From a virus (lineage: Duplodnaviria > Caudoviricetes), in the IMG/VR virus record IMGVR_UViG_3300036766_002130, positions 1 to 63,846 of that record: DNA of 63,846 bases. The stretch is one strand, 5' to 3'. Both the position numbers and the translations under genes were made by a program. A model generated the notes under the pieces. That model was not told the origin of the DNA. It searched no databases and saw only the letters and a program-made list of their open reading frames with translations. Of this stretch, positions 29,183-38,331 are shown piece by piece. Positions within the stretch are counted from its first letter, which is position 1. The number at the start of each line of letters is the position of its first letter.

Positions 29183-30565
29183 CTACTCCGGTCTATCTAT
29201 TTGTGTTTCTCGTTGTATGGGCTTACAGAACTGGGCAAACTGCCCTATCTTAAACACATTATAAATTATGCACCCAAAACCTTGCGGTCCGGAACGGTTA
29301 ACTTCTATGTACACATTCATTAGATTTTGAGCTACTTGAGCTTCATTAGTACATAAAGAAATGCCCAAATCAATATTAGCTAACTTACGAATATCTCCCG
29401 CCGGCAGCTGAGCTTGAGAAACATGACTCTTACCATATCCTGCTCTAGTAATCTGACTCGCTGTAACTACTAAGATATTACGCTGATCAGCAATACTTTT
29501 CAAACCAATATAAGTTTCGTTAATAGCCTCGTGCTTTTCTTCGGAATGTGGAAGCTTCATAATCTCAACGTAGTCTGTTATCAAAACATCAGGAATAAAA
29601 TTATTAAAGGCTTCAAGATAATTTAGAACCCTCTCAATCTCTCCTAAACTACATGTACCCATAGGATATTTGCGAATTTTCATTTTACCACCGGACCTAG
29701 TCAGTAACCGGGTTACCTCTTCTTGTTCATTTAAGTCCGAGAGCAGTTTCGGAGAAAATAAGGATTCTTTTTCCACCCCATCCTCCCAGTACTTCGTGAC
29801 GACGGAATCAATCTCTTCCAAGGAGAGACTTCTCACTTTTTGATAGAGGCGTTGCCCCACTTCTGACGCTTTAAGTTCGTGAGTCAAATAAAGAACGTTA
29901 TGTCCAAGAGTTAATGCCTCGTTCGCTACGTTCAGGCATGCCCAGGATTTTGCTCCTTTCGCTGGACCAAAGAAGCATATTAGTTGACCACGTTTTAAAC
30001 CTCCAACTTTCTCATCGAGAAGAGGTACACCAAGGTTACTTATAATCTCGCTCTTCAAATCTTTTTCTTGAAGGAAATCTGAGCCATCATCGGGAATGGT
30101 TAAGAAAGTTTCTTTTTCTGGAACCCCTCTTCTCAAGGCCTTCATCAGAATTTGTTCTACTTCTTCCTCTTCTCCTCTTTCAACTAGAGGTGCAGCCTGC
30201 TTTAATGCTTCTTCAATAGATCGAGCTCTTATAAATTTGTTGATCCTTGCAAGAACATATTCCTTACTAGGGGGTGCCATCTCTTGAAGTTTCTCCAAGT
30301 ATCTAAAATATAGCTTTTTCCTCTCCTCATCAAATCTTTCTACGAAATGTTCAATCTCACCATTAAAATCAGCCCATCCCTCACCTACTGGAGCTCGTCC
30401 AAATTGGTCGTAGTAGTTGTAACACAAGCGAACAATGTCACTCGTGATTGAAGAGAAGTAGTTTGAAGGAATAGATAGCCTGGATATTCTAGCGAATTCG
30501 CTGTCTGTAATTATTAGGTACAGAAAACAATCTTGTAAGTATTGGCCTATAATTTTTTCACCCAT
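29183..30565 (-). CDS. dnaB: Replicative SF4 helicase (DnaB-like)
   Basis: GGLKRGQL...GPAKGAKS, YLTHE, ITDYVEIM, VTASQITR. Confidence 0.85.
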   Translation of the reverse strand: MGEKIIGQYLQDCFLYLIITDSEFARISRLSIPSNYFSSITSDIVRLCYNYYDQFGRAPVGEGWADFNGEIEHFVERFDEERKKLYFRYLEKLQEMAPPSKEYVLARINKFIRARSIEEALKQAAPLVERGEEEEVEQILMKALRRGVPEKETFLTIPDDGSDFLQEKDLKSEIISNLGVPLLDEKVGGLKRGQLICFFGPAKGAKSWACLNVANEALTLGHNVLYLTHELKASEVGQRLYQKVRSLSLEEIDSVVTKYWEDGVEKESLFSPKLLSDLNEQEEVTRLLTRSGGKMKIRKYPMGTCSLGEIERVLNYLEAFNNFIPDVLITDYVEIMKLPHSEEKHEAINETYIGLKSIADQRNILVVTASQITRAGYGKSHVSQAQLPAGDIRKLANIDLGISLCTNEAQVAQNLMNVYIEVNRSGPQGFGCIIYNVFKIGQFAQFCKPIQRETQIDRPE

Positions 30566-30576
30566 TTCTACTCCTT

Positions 30577-31716
30577 TTACAAAATGTTATTTATCTGCTT
30601 CCAGATAGGAAAGTCATTCTCCCACACCATAGGTTTGAGTAACACAGATAATCGAGGAACAATTCCTTTGTTCTTGTATTCACTTTCCAAGAATTTCCCA
30701 AAGGTTGTAATCCAAGTCCACTTATCCTGGATTGGGGAACCTTTATAAGCAACATATAGGTTATTTGCTATTTGAATAAGATCGTTCAAAACTTCAGATG
30801 AGGGTTTCCATTCTTCGGTAGAAGTAGCTTGACCAGTAAATTGCCCCCAGTAGTTAATAAGCAGCTTTGACAATTCAGGGTCCTTTTCTCGAACATCATA
30901 CTTCTTACTCTTCAGTTTTGCTTCTTCGAGAAGAATATCGAATTTCCGAACAATAGCTCCTGCACTGAAGCGATCATTAGGCCACCCAAGTGGGGACATC
31001 ACAAAATCAATAACTTCAACAATCTCGTTATAATCCCTTTCATCTTTTGAAAGAGCTCTCTGGTATTCCTTTGCCCATTTTTGAAGAGTTCTCTCCTTTT
31101 CGAGTTTTCGGTCCGGGTAACATTTGAGAAGAGATAGTGCTTGGTGTTCTGCAAGTTTGTAAGCTGGGGAGCTGTGATTGGTGAGCCTAAGTTGCTTCCC
31201 CTTATCATCCTTCTTATTAGGAGTAGGAAGGTTAGATTCCTGAAAGGGAAAACCTGAAGGGTTATCTTCCGTAGGAAGATTATCTGTCTTTCTAAATACA
31301 TGCTCTTTATTTATATTATTATCTTTATTTATATACACCTGCTTTTCTCGAGCCTTGAGTTTCTTTGACTCTCGAAAAATGTTAAGACTCGAAACATCTA
31401 TTGTCTCGACTACTTCCTTCCATTCAGAGGTGCTCATAGATAGAAATGAGACCACGCGGATAGTACCTTTAAGCTGACCACCTTTCCAGTAAAATAGATA
31501 TCCTTTTTTTTCCAATTCTCGTAGAATAGTGCTTAAAGCATTCTTGTTCATCTTGTAGCGCTTTAGTATTTCTGAATTATGAATTACCCAGTTCTTAGGG
31601 TAGGAAAGGCACTCTACTAATAAACCAAATGCTTGGACACTTAAATTGTAATCTCTCACGAGAGTGTTAGGAATAGCAGTATATTCCCCTCCTTCAGGGA
31701 TATATTTAATTATCAT
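30577..31716 (-). CDS. Putative replication initiator (N-terminal winged helix)
   Basis: YTAIPN.LVRD..LS..A.GL..CLS.P.NW...LRELEKKGY; upstream of dnaB. Confidence 0.65.
   Translation of the reverse strand: MIIKYIPEGGEYTAIPNTLVRDYNLSVQAFGLLVECLSYPKNWVIHNSEILKRYKMNKNALSTILRELEKKGYLFYWKGGQLKGTIRVVSFLSMSTSEWKEVVETIDVSSLNIFRESKKLKAREKQVYINKDNNINKEHVFRKTDNLPTEDNPSGFPFQESNLPTPNKKDDKGKQLRLTNHSSPAYKLAEHQALSLLKCYPDRKLEKERTLQKWAKEYQRALSKDERDYNEIVEVIDFVMSPLGWPNDRFSAGAIVRKFDILLEEAKLKSKKYDVREKDPELSKLLINYWGQFTGQATSTEEWKPSSEVLNDLIQIANNLYVAYKGSPIQDKWTWITTFGKFLESEYKNKGIVPRLSVLLKPMVWENDFPIWKQINNIL
31086..31146. repeat. 61-bp segment of the initiator gene, duplicated at 31753-31813
   Basis: 59/61 identical; both differences are synonymous. 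Confidence 0.92.
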
Positions 31717-31790
31717 CCTTTTACCTCCTCATCAGCGGATCTCTTTCATACTGAGTTCTTTCTTTTTCGAGTTTTCGGTCCGGGTAACAT

Positions 31791-31960
31791 TTGAGAAGAG
31801 ATAGTGCTTGGTGAGCCTCCTATGGCTAAAGCTCATAGGCTTCCAACAGGTTATCCTGTTCTTCTTTTTCCTGCTTCAGCGAGGACCACTGCTCCAAAGG
31901 AGCTGTAACCTTATCCTCTCCACAGGCGTTGATTTGGCTGGCCCCCAGCCTATGTATGTT
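31791..31960 (-). ncRNA. TnpB omegaRNA (scaffold, right-end hairpin ending TCAC, and guide)
   Basis: GCCTGTGGAGA...CTGAAGCAGGAA...GAAGCCTATGAGCTTTAGCCATAGGAGGCTCAC followed by CAAGCACTATCTCTTCTCAA; the 5' boundary is approximate. Confidence 0.75.
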
Positions 31961-33010
31961 TATAGCTGCGTTAAGATCTCTATCTAAGCTAAATCCACAA
32001 ACCTTACAATTAAATACTCTATCACTTAAAGTTAGCTCCTCGTTCTTCCAACCACATCTACTGCAAGTCTTACTACTTGGATAGAATTTATCTATCTTCA
32101 AGAAGTACTTGCTGTTCCAAAGCGCTTTATACTCTAACTGTCTTACAAATTCGGACCAAGCTACATCAGCAACAGATTTTGCAAGGTGATGATTCCTCAT
32201 CATTCCAGATATATTTAGATCTTCAACCACAACACCATCATACTTGGCTATCATATGAGATGTTAGTTTGTGAAGAAAATCTAATCTTACATCCTTTATC
32301 TTCTGATGTATCCTATGGACCTTCTTTCTTTGCTTATTCCTGTTAACACTTCCTTTCTGTTTTCTACTCAATCTTCTTTGTTCTCTAACCAACTTTTCCT
32401 CATACCTCTTCATGTGTTTTGGATTAATAATTATGGTCCCGTCTGATAAAGTAGCAAACGCATTTAACCCTAAATCTACTCCAACAAGATTATTTGCCTT
32501 TTTCTCTTTCTCCCGAATCTCAAATTCACAAGTTACTGAACAATACCATCTATTTCCATCTTGTAAAACCGTAATATGTTTTGGTTTACCTTGAAGAGAT
32601 CGATGTTTTATCCATCTTACTTCTCCTATTTTTGGAATATGAACAAAGCTTTTCTTCAACTTCCATCCTTGAGGACAAGTAAAGGAATCATTGTCTTTCT
32701 TCTTCTTAAACTTTGGAAAACCTCTGTTACTCCTAAAGCTATCTCTTAATGCTCTATCCAATTGTCTTGCTACAGTTTGTAAAGATTGAGAAAAAGATAG
32801 ATTTAGAAAATCAAATTCTTTCTTCAACTTAGGTATGGACATTGACATTTCGTAGAAAAATTTGAATTTCTTTGTTTCCTTATAATAGTCAGTATTGTTC
32901 TTGAGCAAGTAATTCCAGAGAAAACGAGCATTACCTCCCTGCTGAAGCAGCATAACTCTCTGCTCCTCTGTTGGATATATTCTAAATTTAAACCCTTTTT
33001 GAATCTTCAT
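31826..33010 (-). CDS. tnpB: IS200/IS605-family RNA-guided nuclease TnpB with intact catalytic residues
   Basis: KFRIYPT, GFPKFK, GVDLG, VVEDL, SSKTCSRC...CKVC, DRDLNAAINI. Confidence 0.96.
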   Translation of the reverse strand: MKIQKGFKFRIYPTEEQRVMLLQQGGNARFLWNYLLKNNTDYYKETKKFKFFYEMSMSIPKLKKEFDFLNLSFSQSLQTVARQLDRALRDSFRSNRGFPKFKKKKDNDSFTCPQGWKLKKSFVHIPKIGEVRWIKHRSLQGKPKHITVLQDGNRWYCSVTCEFEIREKEKKANNLVGVDLGLNAFATLSDGTIIINPKHMKRYEEKLVREQRRLSRKQKGSVNRNKQRKKVHRIHQKIKDVRLDFLHKLTSHMIAKYDGVVVEDLNISGMMRNHHLAKSVADVAWSEFVRQLEYKALWNSKYFLKIDKFYPSSKTCSRCGWKNEELTLSDRVFNCKVCGFSLDRDLNAAINIHRLGASQINACGEDKVTAPLEQWSSLKQEKEEQDNLLEAYEL

Positions 33011-33034
33011 CTTACCTCAACTTCTGTATCCTAA

Positions 33035-33051
33035 TATCATTATACTGTCTC
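33035..33051 (-). promoter_or_regulatory. Promoter element GAGACAGTATAATGATA upstream of tnpB
   Basis: Identical 17-mer at 34640-34656; contains TATAAT. Confidence 0.65.
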
Positions 33052-33203
33052 CCCTATTCCTTTTTAGTTTTTTTATTTTTTCCTTAAACTTTCCCTTGCT
33101 ATTCCCCGCCCTTCTTCCTCACTCTCTTAACCGACTTACGTAATCCAATCAGCTACTGAGGAAATATGGAAGGGTTATATTTAATTATCATCCTTTTCTC
33201 CTT

Positions 33204-33530
33204 TTACTTCGTCTTCTTACTACTACGTCGAGCCCTATTAGAATTCTTCAACTGCTTTTTAGTGGGATACTCTGTTTCTACCTTAAGTTTCAGATTATCC
33301 AGGATGTTCACAAATTTGTTTAAAACTTCATTTTGATTCTTGGCAATAAGGATGAGCCTATCTATTTGATCATACTGAATATCATTGGTGCTACTTATTT
33401 TGACTACTACAGTCCACAGTTTTGAGATGTCCCTTTCATAGATCTTTGCAGCTCGGCAAAAACCACAGTACAAACCTACTATAAAGCTAAACACAATACA
33501 AGAAATAGTGATCAGAATTGTTGTAACCAT
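33204..33530 (-). CDS. Membrane-anchored hypothetical protein
   Basis: N-terminal transmembrane segment; AAGGAG RBS. Confidence 0.6.
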   Translation of the reverse strand: MVTTILITISCIVFSFIVGLYCGFCRAAKIYERDISKLWTVVVKISSTNDIQYDQIDRLILIAKNQNEVLNKFVNILDNLKLKVETEYPTKKQLKNSNRARRSSKKTK

Positions 33531-33550
33531 CTTCTTTCTCCTTACAAAAT

Positions 33551-34507
33551 TTATTTTAATCTTACAAAATCTTCTAGCTTAATACCTGCCTTCTGCAACG
33601 TTCCAGCTTCTTCCACATCCTTCAAAAATCTGAGCCCATCAACGTAGTATCCTGCGGTTGGCCTTAGACCAGGCTGTAGCTTAGTAAAGAAGTTATTCAT
33701 ATATTCCATCACTTTTTCTCGAACATACTTCCCAACCATTGAAGCCAGAGCTACTGGGAAATAGTTACTATCAGCTCCTACTTCAAATAGAATATCTAAA
33801 CTTGTTTTTCCTGAGCACATTTTATATTCTGATTCTTCCAGACCCGAATTACTTGAAATTAAATTAAAATCTGGTAACTTTGTAAGCATTTCTTCATAGT
33901 AAGTCCGACCCCCAATCCTATCACAAACCACAAAAACCTGTTTTTCATTGAAAAAAGAAGCAAGAGCAGTAGCTGATTGAATATGTTCAAGTACCGAACT
34001 TATTACTAACTCCGCTTTGTTTCCGGTAGCTTGAACTCTCTGGTTAAACTCAGAAACATCAAAATAGCAGCATCTAGTATCCAAAAGCCGGATTCCCTGC
34101 TCTTTCATGTTCTTGGATAATTTAGTCGTAGCATCTACATCCTTCTTGAAGAGAAGGTTCTCACAAGTCTTTGGATACCAAGGGTATTTCCGAAGTTGAG
34201 AATTTGCAGTTATAGATACCGAAGCTAACAAATGAGGGAAGTTATCTATCTCCAAACCAAGTTGACCAAGGAAAGCCAAAGTAGTTCGCTCAAGGTGTTT
34301 GATTCCAGAACTTTGGCTAAAGGCTTTTTTGCTATCGGTAACTAATAGTCGGCTTTTAAGATTTCTTTTCTTCTTAGAAACAGCTTCTTTGAGATAGTAC
34401 CACAAGTCGTCTTTAGGGTTTGGGACCGAGAAGACAGTGGAAGTTACTACTAAAGGGCCTAGAATGGAACCATAACCATTTTCGTCGATTCCAGCAACAA
34501 TTGGCAT
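33551..34507 (-). CDS. rnhB: Ribonuclease HII-like protein (start ATG 34507)
   Basis: GIDENGYGSILGPLVV, DSKK, D..GGR, ALASMVGKY.RE, TAGY. Confidence 0.82.
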   Translation of the reverse strand: MPIVAGIDENGYGSILGPLVVTSTVFSVPNPKDDLWYYLKEAVSKKKRNLKSRLLVTDSKKAFSQSSGIKHLERTTLAFLGQLGLEIDNFPHLLASVSITANSQLRKYPWYPKTCENLLFKKDVDATTKLSKNMKEQGIRLLDTRCCYFDVSEFNQRVQATGNKAELVISSVLEHIQSATALASFFNEKQVFVVCDRIGGRTYYEEMLTKLPDFNLISSNSGLEESEYKMCSGKTSLDILFEVGADSNYFPVALASMVGKYVREKVMEYMNNFFTKLQPGLRPTAGYYVDGLRFLKDVEEAGTLQKAGIKLEDFVRLK

Positions 34508-34510
34508 TTC

Positions 34511-34635
34511 AGATCTCCTTACAGAAGACAGTGAGCTACCTATGGCTGAACCACAGGCTTCCTGCTTCAGCGAAGCGTACTTGTGCTTCTCCACAGGCAT
34601 TGTCTTGATAGGCTCCCTACCAATTTGTAAAGATA
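34511..34635 (-). ncRNA. Orphan TnpB omegaRNA-like locus
   Basis: GCCTGTGGAGAAGCAC...GCTTCGCTGAAGCAGGAAGCCTGTGGTTCAGCCATAGGTAGCTCAC followed by TGTCTTCTGTAAGGAGATCT. Confidence 0.7.
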
Positions 34636-34721
34636 TCACTATCATTATACTGTCTCTCCTTCTCTTCTTTAGAAAAATCTTCGTAAAGAATCTGCATCAT
34701 ACTGGGTGGCGAGAAAAGTGC

Positions 34722-35234
34722 TTAAAACAATAATGTGTCCTCTCCAGTCAAAATTTCTCCACCCATTTCTACTGGTTTCCAAAATCTAATCTCAACTTTA
34801 CCCCACCCTGAAGGTTTGCAACCCAACACTGAGTATTTTAGCCTTCCAAGGCAGCAGGCGACAACTTCGCGTTGGAAAGATCCCAAACCCACGGTTGCTT
34901 TCTGAAAATAATCCTTGGAAACTATAAGAGAAAATGTAAAGATTTCCTTTTCCCCTTCAAAGATGTTTATTGTAACTGTACCACTATTGCAAGCAATTGT
35001 CTTTCCTTGCGCATCTGCCAGAGTAAAGTAAACTACTATGCCATCCGAACCTTCCTTATAGGCACAAACATTTTTAATGTACTCTGGATTCCCATACACA
35101 AGCTCTAACTGCTCCGGTTTAGTTTCGTGAACCGGTATATATCCACATCTTAAATAAGAGCTAGTTACTAATATCACGCTTACTGCTACTATCAACCCCA
35201 CAAACATCAACATTGCCATAATTAGCTTCTTCAT
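34722..35234 (-). CDS. Exported protein with the MKKLI signal module
   Basis: Shared leader and hydrophobic N-terminus. Confidence 0.7.
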   Translation of the reverse strand: MKKLIMAMLMFVGLIVAVSVILVTSSYLRCGYIPVHETKPEQLELVYGNPEYIKNVCAYKEGSDGIVVYFTLADAQGKTIACNSGTVTINIFEGEKEIFTFSLIVSKDYFQKATVGLGSFQREVVACCLGRLKYSVLGCKPSGWGKVEIRFWKPVEMGGEILTGEDTLLF

Positions 35235-35538
35235 TTTACTGTCCTTTCAAAAAGGTTAAAATTAGTTTGTTTTTGTTTCTTCTTATAAATTATATGCACA
35301 AAACCCGAGGCTTCCAAATAAATTTTTGAAATTTTTTATTTTTCATTTGGAACCTTTTCAACAATTCATTATACTTTACATAACAGAAGTACCAAATAGG
35401 AAAGGCAAGGATAGAGGTTTAACCTCCTTCTATCCCTTTAATCTACCTATCGCACTTAACGCAGAACAAGATATCTCCAACTGGAGGATATGTAGGCAGG
35501 TTCAAGGGATTGAGGTAAGTGTTGAGGGGTAAGGATTA

Positions 35539-35632
35539 TAAGGTCTATAAGGATTACAATGGGAATTGAGTATTTCTCAAATTTTTACCATTTTTCATTT
35601 TGATCTCTCCAAAAATAGGTTATACTTTATAT
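35539..35632 (+). promoter_or_regulatory. Repeated phage promoter starting the plus-strand block
   Basis: tttttaccatttttcattttgatctctccaaaaataggttatact. Confidence 0.78.
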
Positions 35633-35664
35633 GAAGAAGAACAAAAGTTTGAGAAAGGGAAAAA

Positions 35665-36039
35665 ATGAAATTTGAAACAATGGTAGTAATAGGTTTTTTG
35701 ATTGTTATAGGTATTCCACTAATCCTAGCAATCGTGAACTTGATTCTTCGCATTGCCTTAGGTTATTGGTCACCTGTCTTTGTATGGATACTATTTGGCT
35801 ACCTCGCTATCTTAGGAGCCATCTATGCTGCGATGGCAGTGTTCTTCCGTGCTCGGGAAAAAGCACTAGAAGTAGAGCGCCAAAGATCCTTAACCTTGAG
35901 CCAGGAAAGATGTGCTAGATCACTAAGCAATATTGAGAACCAGTTATCCTGGGATAGGATGAACCACAGAAACACTAACACTTCCAATGATGCTGCTTAT
36001 GCGAAGTTTGAAAGAGCTTTGAGAAATGTTAGAAGGTAA
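35665..36039 (+). CDS. Membrane protein
   Basis: Two transmembrane segments. Confidence 0.65.
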   Translation: MKFETMVVIGFLIVIGIPLILAIVNLILRIALGYWSPVFVWILFGYLAILGAIYAAMAVFFRAREKALEVERQRSLTLSQERCARSLSNIENQLSWDRMNHRNTNTSNDAAYAKFERALRNVRR

Positions 36040-36069
36040 AAATGCAATCCTTTTTGAAAGGGTAGTAAG

Positions 36070-36501
36070 ATGACAAATAAGTCTTGGAACTGTGATAAGT
36101 TGATCGTGACTATACTGGTAGTTGGGGTGGCCTGGGTGATCTGGGCGGGTACGACAGGAAAAACGGATCTTCAAAAAGCTCAACTCACCACCCAGGCACA
36201 AGTTCAAAAGGAACATAAAATCCAAGAACAGAAGGAATTAAATTCAATAGCTATTGCTTGGATGAATGAAGTTTTACAGAAAGGAGTTTTTACTCACATA
36301 AACGAAGGTGCTCATACTGTTCGTATGAACCCGCTTGTTTGGTTGGGTATATCTTTGGAAGATAAGCAAGGTCTGGTTGCTGGATGTTCAACTTACTTTG
36401 AGGCTCTTACTGGTTTACCTGGGGCAACAATTCTGAATAATCAAAATGATACCAAACTCGGAGAAACGGGTTGGTTAGGTGGAATAAAGATTTACTATTA
36501 G
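36070..36501 (+). CDS. Membrane-anchored exported protein
   Basis: KLIVTILVV anchor; shared leader. Confidence 0.7.
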   Translation: MTNKSWNCDKLIVTILVVGVAWVIWAGTTGKTDLQKAQLTTQAQVQKEHKIQEQKELNSIAIAWMNEVLQKGVFTHINEGAHTVRMNPLVWLGISLEDKQGLVAGCSTYFEALTGLPGATILNNQNDTKLGETGWLGGIKIYY

Positions 36502-36514
36502 AAAGGAAAGAAAG

Positions 36515-36886
36515 ATGAAGAAACTAATTGTGACAATGCTGGTGATGTTAGGAGTGTTGGTGAGTGGGTGTACATCACTTATGCCACATCCACGACCCTG
36601 GACAAATCAGGAGAAGATGGCAGCAGTATTCTTCATAGCTGCTCACACTGCTAATGCATTGACAACTGAAGCTCATCAAGACCACCCAGAGCTTTATTAT
36701 GAACGAAATCCAATCCTGGGAAGACACCCATCTGATGCAGAGATTGGTGGATACTTCTCAATAACTGGCGTTGGAACACTATTGGTAGCCCATCTGTATC
36801 CAGAATTGAGAAAGCCACTACTTGTTGGGTATGGGGCAGTAAATTGTTGTTGGACTGTACACGATTACAAACTTATGAAAGATTAA
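36515..36886 (+). CDS. Putative lipoprotein
   Basis: MKKLIVT...LVSGC lipobox; ERNPILG. Confidence 0.7.
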   Translation: MKKLIVTMLVMLGVLVSGCTSLMPHPRPWTNQEKMAAVFFIAAHTANALTTEAHQDHPELYYERNPILGRHPSDAEIGGYFSITGVGTLLVAHLYPELRKPLLVGYGAVNCCWTVHDYKLMKD

Positions 36887-36978
36887 CAATGGATCCACAA
36901 GCACAATGTAGGAGTTATTTTATAAAAAGAGCTAATTTCTAAAACCTAAAAGGGAACAGAGTTTGAAAGGGTAGAAAG

Positions 36979-37575
36979 ATGAAGAAGCTAATTGTGACAA
37001 TAATAGTGTTGGTGGGGATGTTTGGTTCCCCAATAGTTGCTAGAGAAGGTTACTTTACTATTGGTGGTGGGCATGGTGGTCCAACTGATTCTTCTAACAT
37101 AACTTTTGAATTTGGAAGGATTACGGAGAATTATTTTGACCGCGACAATTTAATCGCTCTGGGTATCCCCATTATTCTAAACAATGAAGGTCTTCCTAAA
37201 GATGCGGTGCGGACAAATGATCCAGATTGGTCGGGATGGTATCGTTTTGAGTCCCGGTATGGATATCTTACCGATGAGGGAGCAGTGCGGAGCATGCCGG
37301 AGTTTGGGTTCTTTGTAAAATATGGTATCGAGACTATCAAACACTCACGGTTATTTGCAACAGTGTTCGGTGGAGTAACATTCGCAGATGAGGTTCACCT
37401 GTATACCTCTGCGTTAGGTCCTCCTGATTACTACAAAGATGAAGGTTGGAATGTTTATGGCTTATATGGTGTTGGGTTAAGCTATTTTCCAATAAATAGC
37501 AAACTTGTTGTAACAGTTGATTGTGATAGTAGGCGGGGTGTTACCGGTAGTGTAGGATGGCGTTGGGAATTCTAA
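36979..37575 (+). CDS. Putative outer-membrane beta-barrel protein
   Basis: Signal peptide, Gly/aromatic-rich strands, C-terminal VGWRWEF. Confidence 0.65.
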   Translation: MKKLIVTIIVLVGMFGSPIVAREGYFTIGGGHGGPTDSSNITFEFGRITENYFDRDNLIALGIPIILNNEGLPKDAVRTNDPDWSGWYRFESRYGYLTDEGAVRSMPEFGFFVKYGIETIKHSRLFATVFGGVTFADEVHLYTSALGPPDYYKDEGWNVYGLYGVGLSYFPINSKLVVTVDCDSRRGVTGSVGWRWEF

Positions 37576-37624
37576 GGAGGATACTGATAGGCTAGCAAGA
37601 TTAACCATTTGAAAGGACAGTAAA

Positions 37625-37786
37625 ATGGCTCTACTATTCTTAATTTGTTTATATTTCCTTCCAACTTTTGTTGCAGCAATAAATAAGAAGCGAAATGGTT
37701 GTGCTATTCTTTTACTTAATTTGCTTCTTGGGTGGACATTAATTGGGTGGGTAGTTGCTCTTGTGTGGGCAGCTTGTAAAGATTAA
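37625..37786 (+). CDS. Superinfection immunity protein (T4 Imm-like), 53 aa, absent from the ORF track
   Basis: MALLFLICLYFLPTFVA...N..AILLLNLLLGWTLIGWVVALVWA. Confidence 0.88.
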   Translation: MALLFLICLYFLPTFVAAINKKRNGCAILLLNLLLGWTLIGWVVALVWAACKD

Positions 37787-37807
37787 CTTTTTTGAAAGGA
37801 CAGTAAG

Positions 37808-38275
37808 ATGAACAAGCTAATTGTGACAATGATAGTAGGATTGCTGGGGGCCTGCCTAATAATAATTGTAGCAGAACATACAAAGAAGCCAGAACCAGAA
37901 CCTACAAAGAAGCCAATTACTTTAGCAACTGAACAGCAGCGAATGGATCAAGTGAATAAACAAGGACGAGCAGTATTAACCAATATACCCTGCCCATATA
38001 TTGGGGATGTCCCCGAAATTAAAGAGTGGAAAGTTGAAGATAACAATTTATTTCTTGCTTTTTCTTCGCGCCCACCAGACTGGAAAACTATTACTTGTGT
38101 GGCAGCTGCGAATTTTTGGGAGAAACATGGTGGTCTAGTTTATGCTTGGGCAATTCGAGGGTGTGACCTAAATAATGGGGTGCTCCGAGACGATTGGCGT
38201 TTCTACGGATATCGAACGCTGGGAGATGGTGAAGATACTTGGCAGTATGGAGGGCGTTCACATTGGGGCCAATAA
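37808..38275 (+). CDS. Membrane-anchored exported protein
   Basis: MNKLIVTMIV module, PEPEP linker. Confidence 0.7.
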   Translation: MNKLIVTMIVGLLGACLIIIVAEHTKKPEPEPTKKPITLATEQQRMDQVNKQGRAVLTNIPCPYIGDVPEIKEWKVEDNNLFLAFSSRPPDWKTITCVAAANFWEKHGGLVYAWAIRGCDLNNGVLRDDWRFYGYRTLGDGEDTWQYGGRSHWGQ

Positions 38276-38295
38276 CTAAACATTTTACTATCCAT

Positions 38296-38331
38296 GCCCG
38301 GTATTGAGAACATTTCTCTGCCGGGCTTTTT
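38296..38331 (+). terminator. Intrinsic terminator
   Basis: GCCCGGTA...TGCCGGGC followed by TTTTT. Confidence 0.7.

Noticed and set aside
31086-31813. Target-site duplication or assembly duplicate explaining the 61-bp repeat
   Set aside because: IS200/IS605 elements make no TSD, and the copies differ at two synonymous sites.
33551-34645. 364-aa RNase HII from the ORF track
   Set aside because: The first 46 codons read through the omegaRNA; the RBS AAGGAG and the family start support ATG 34507.
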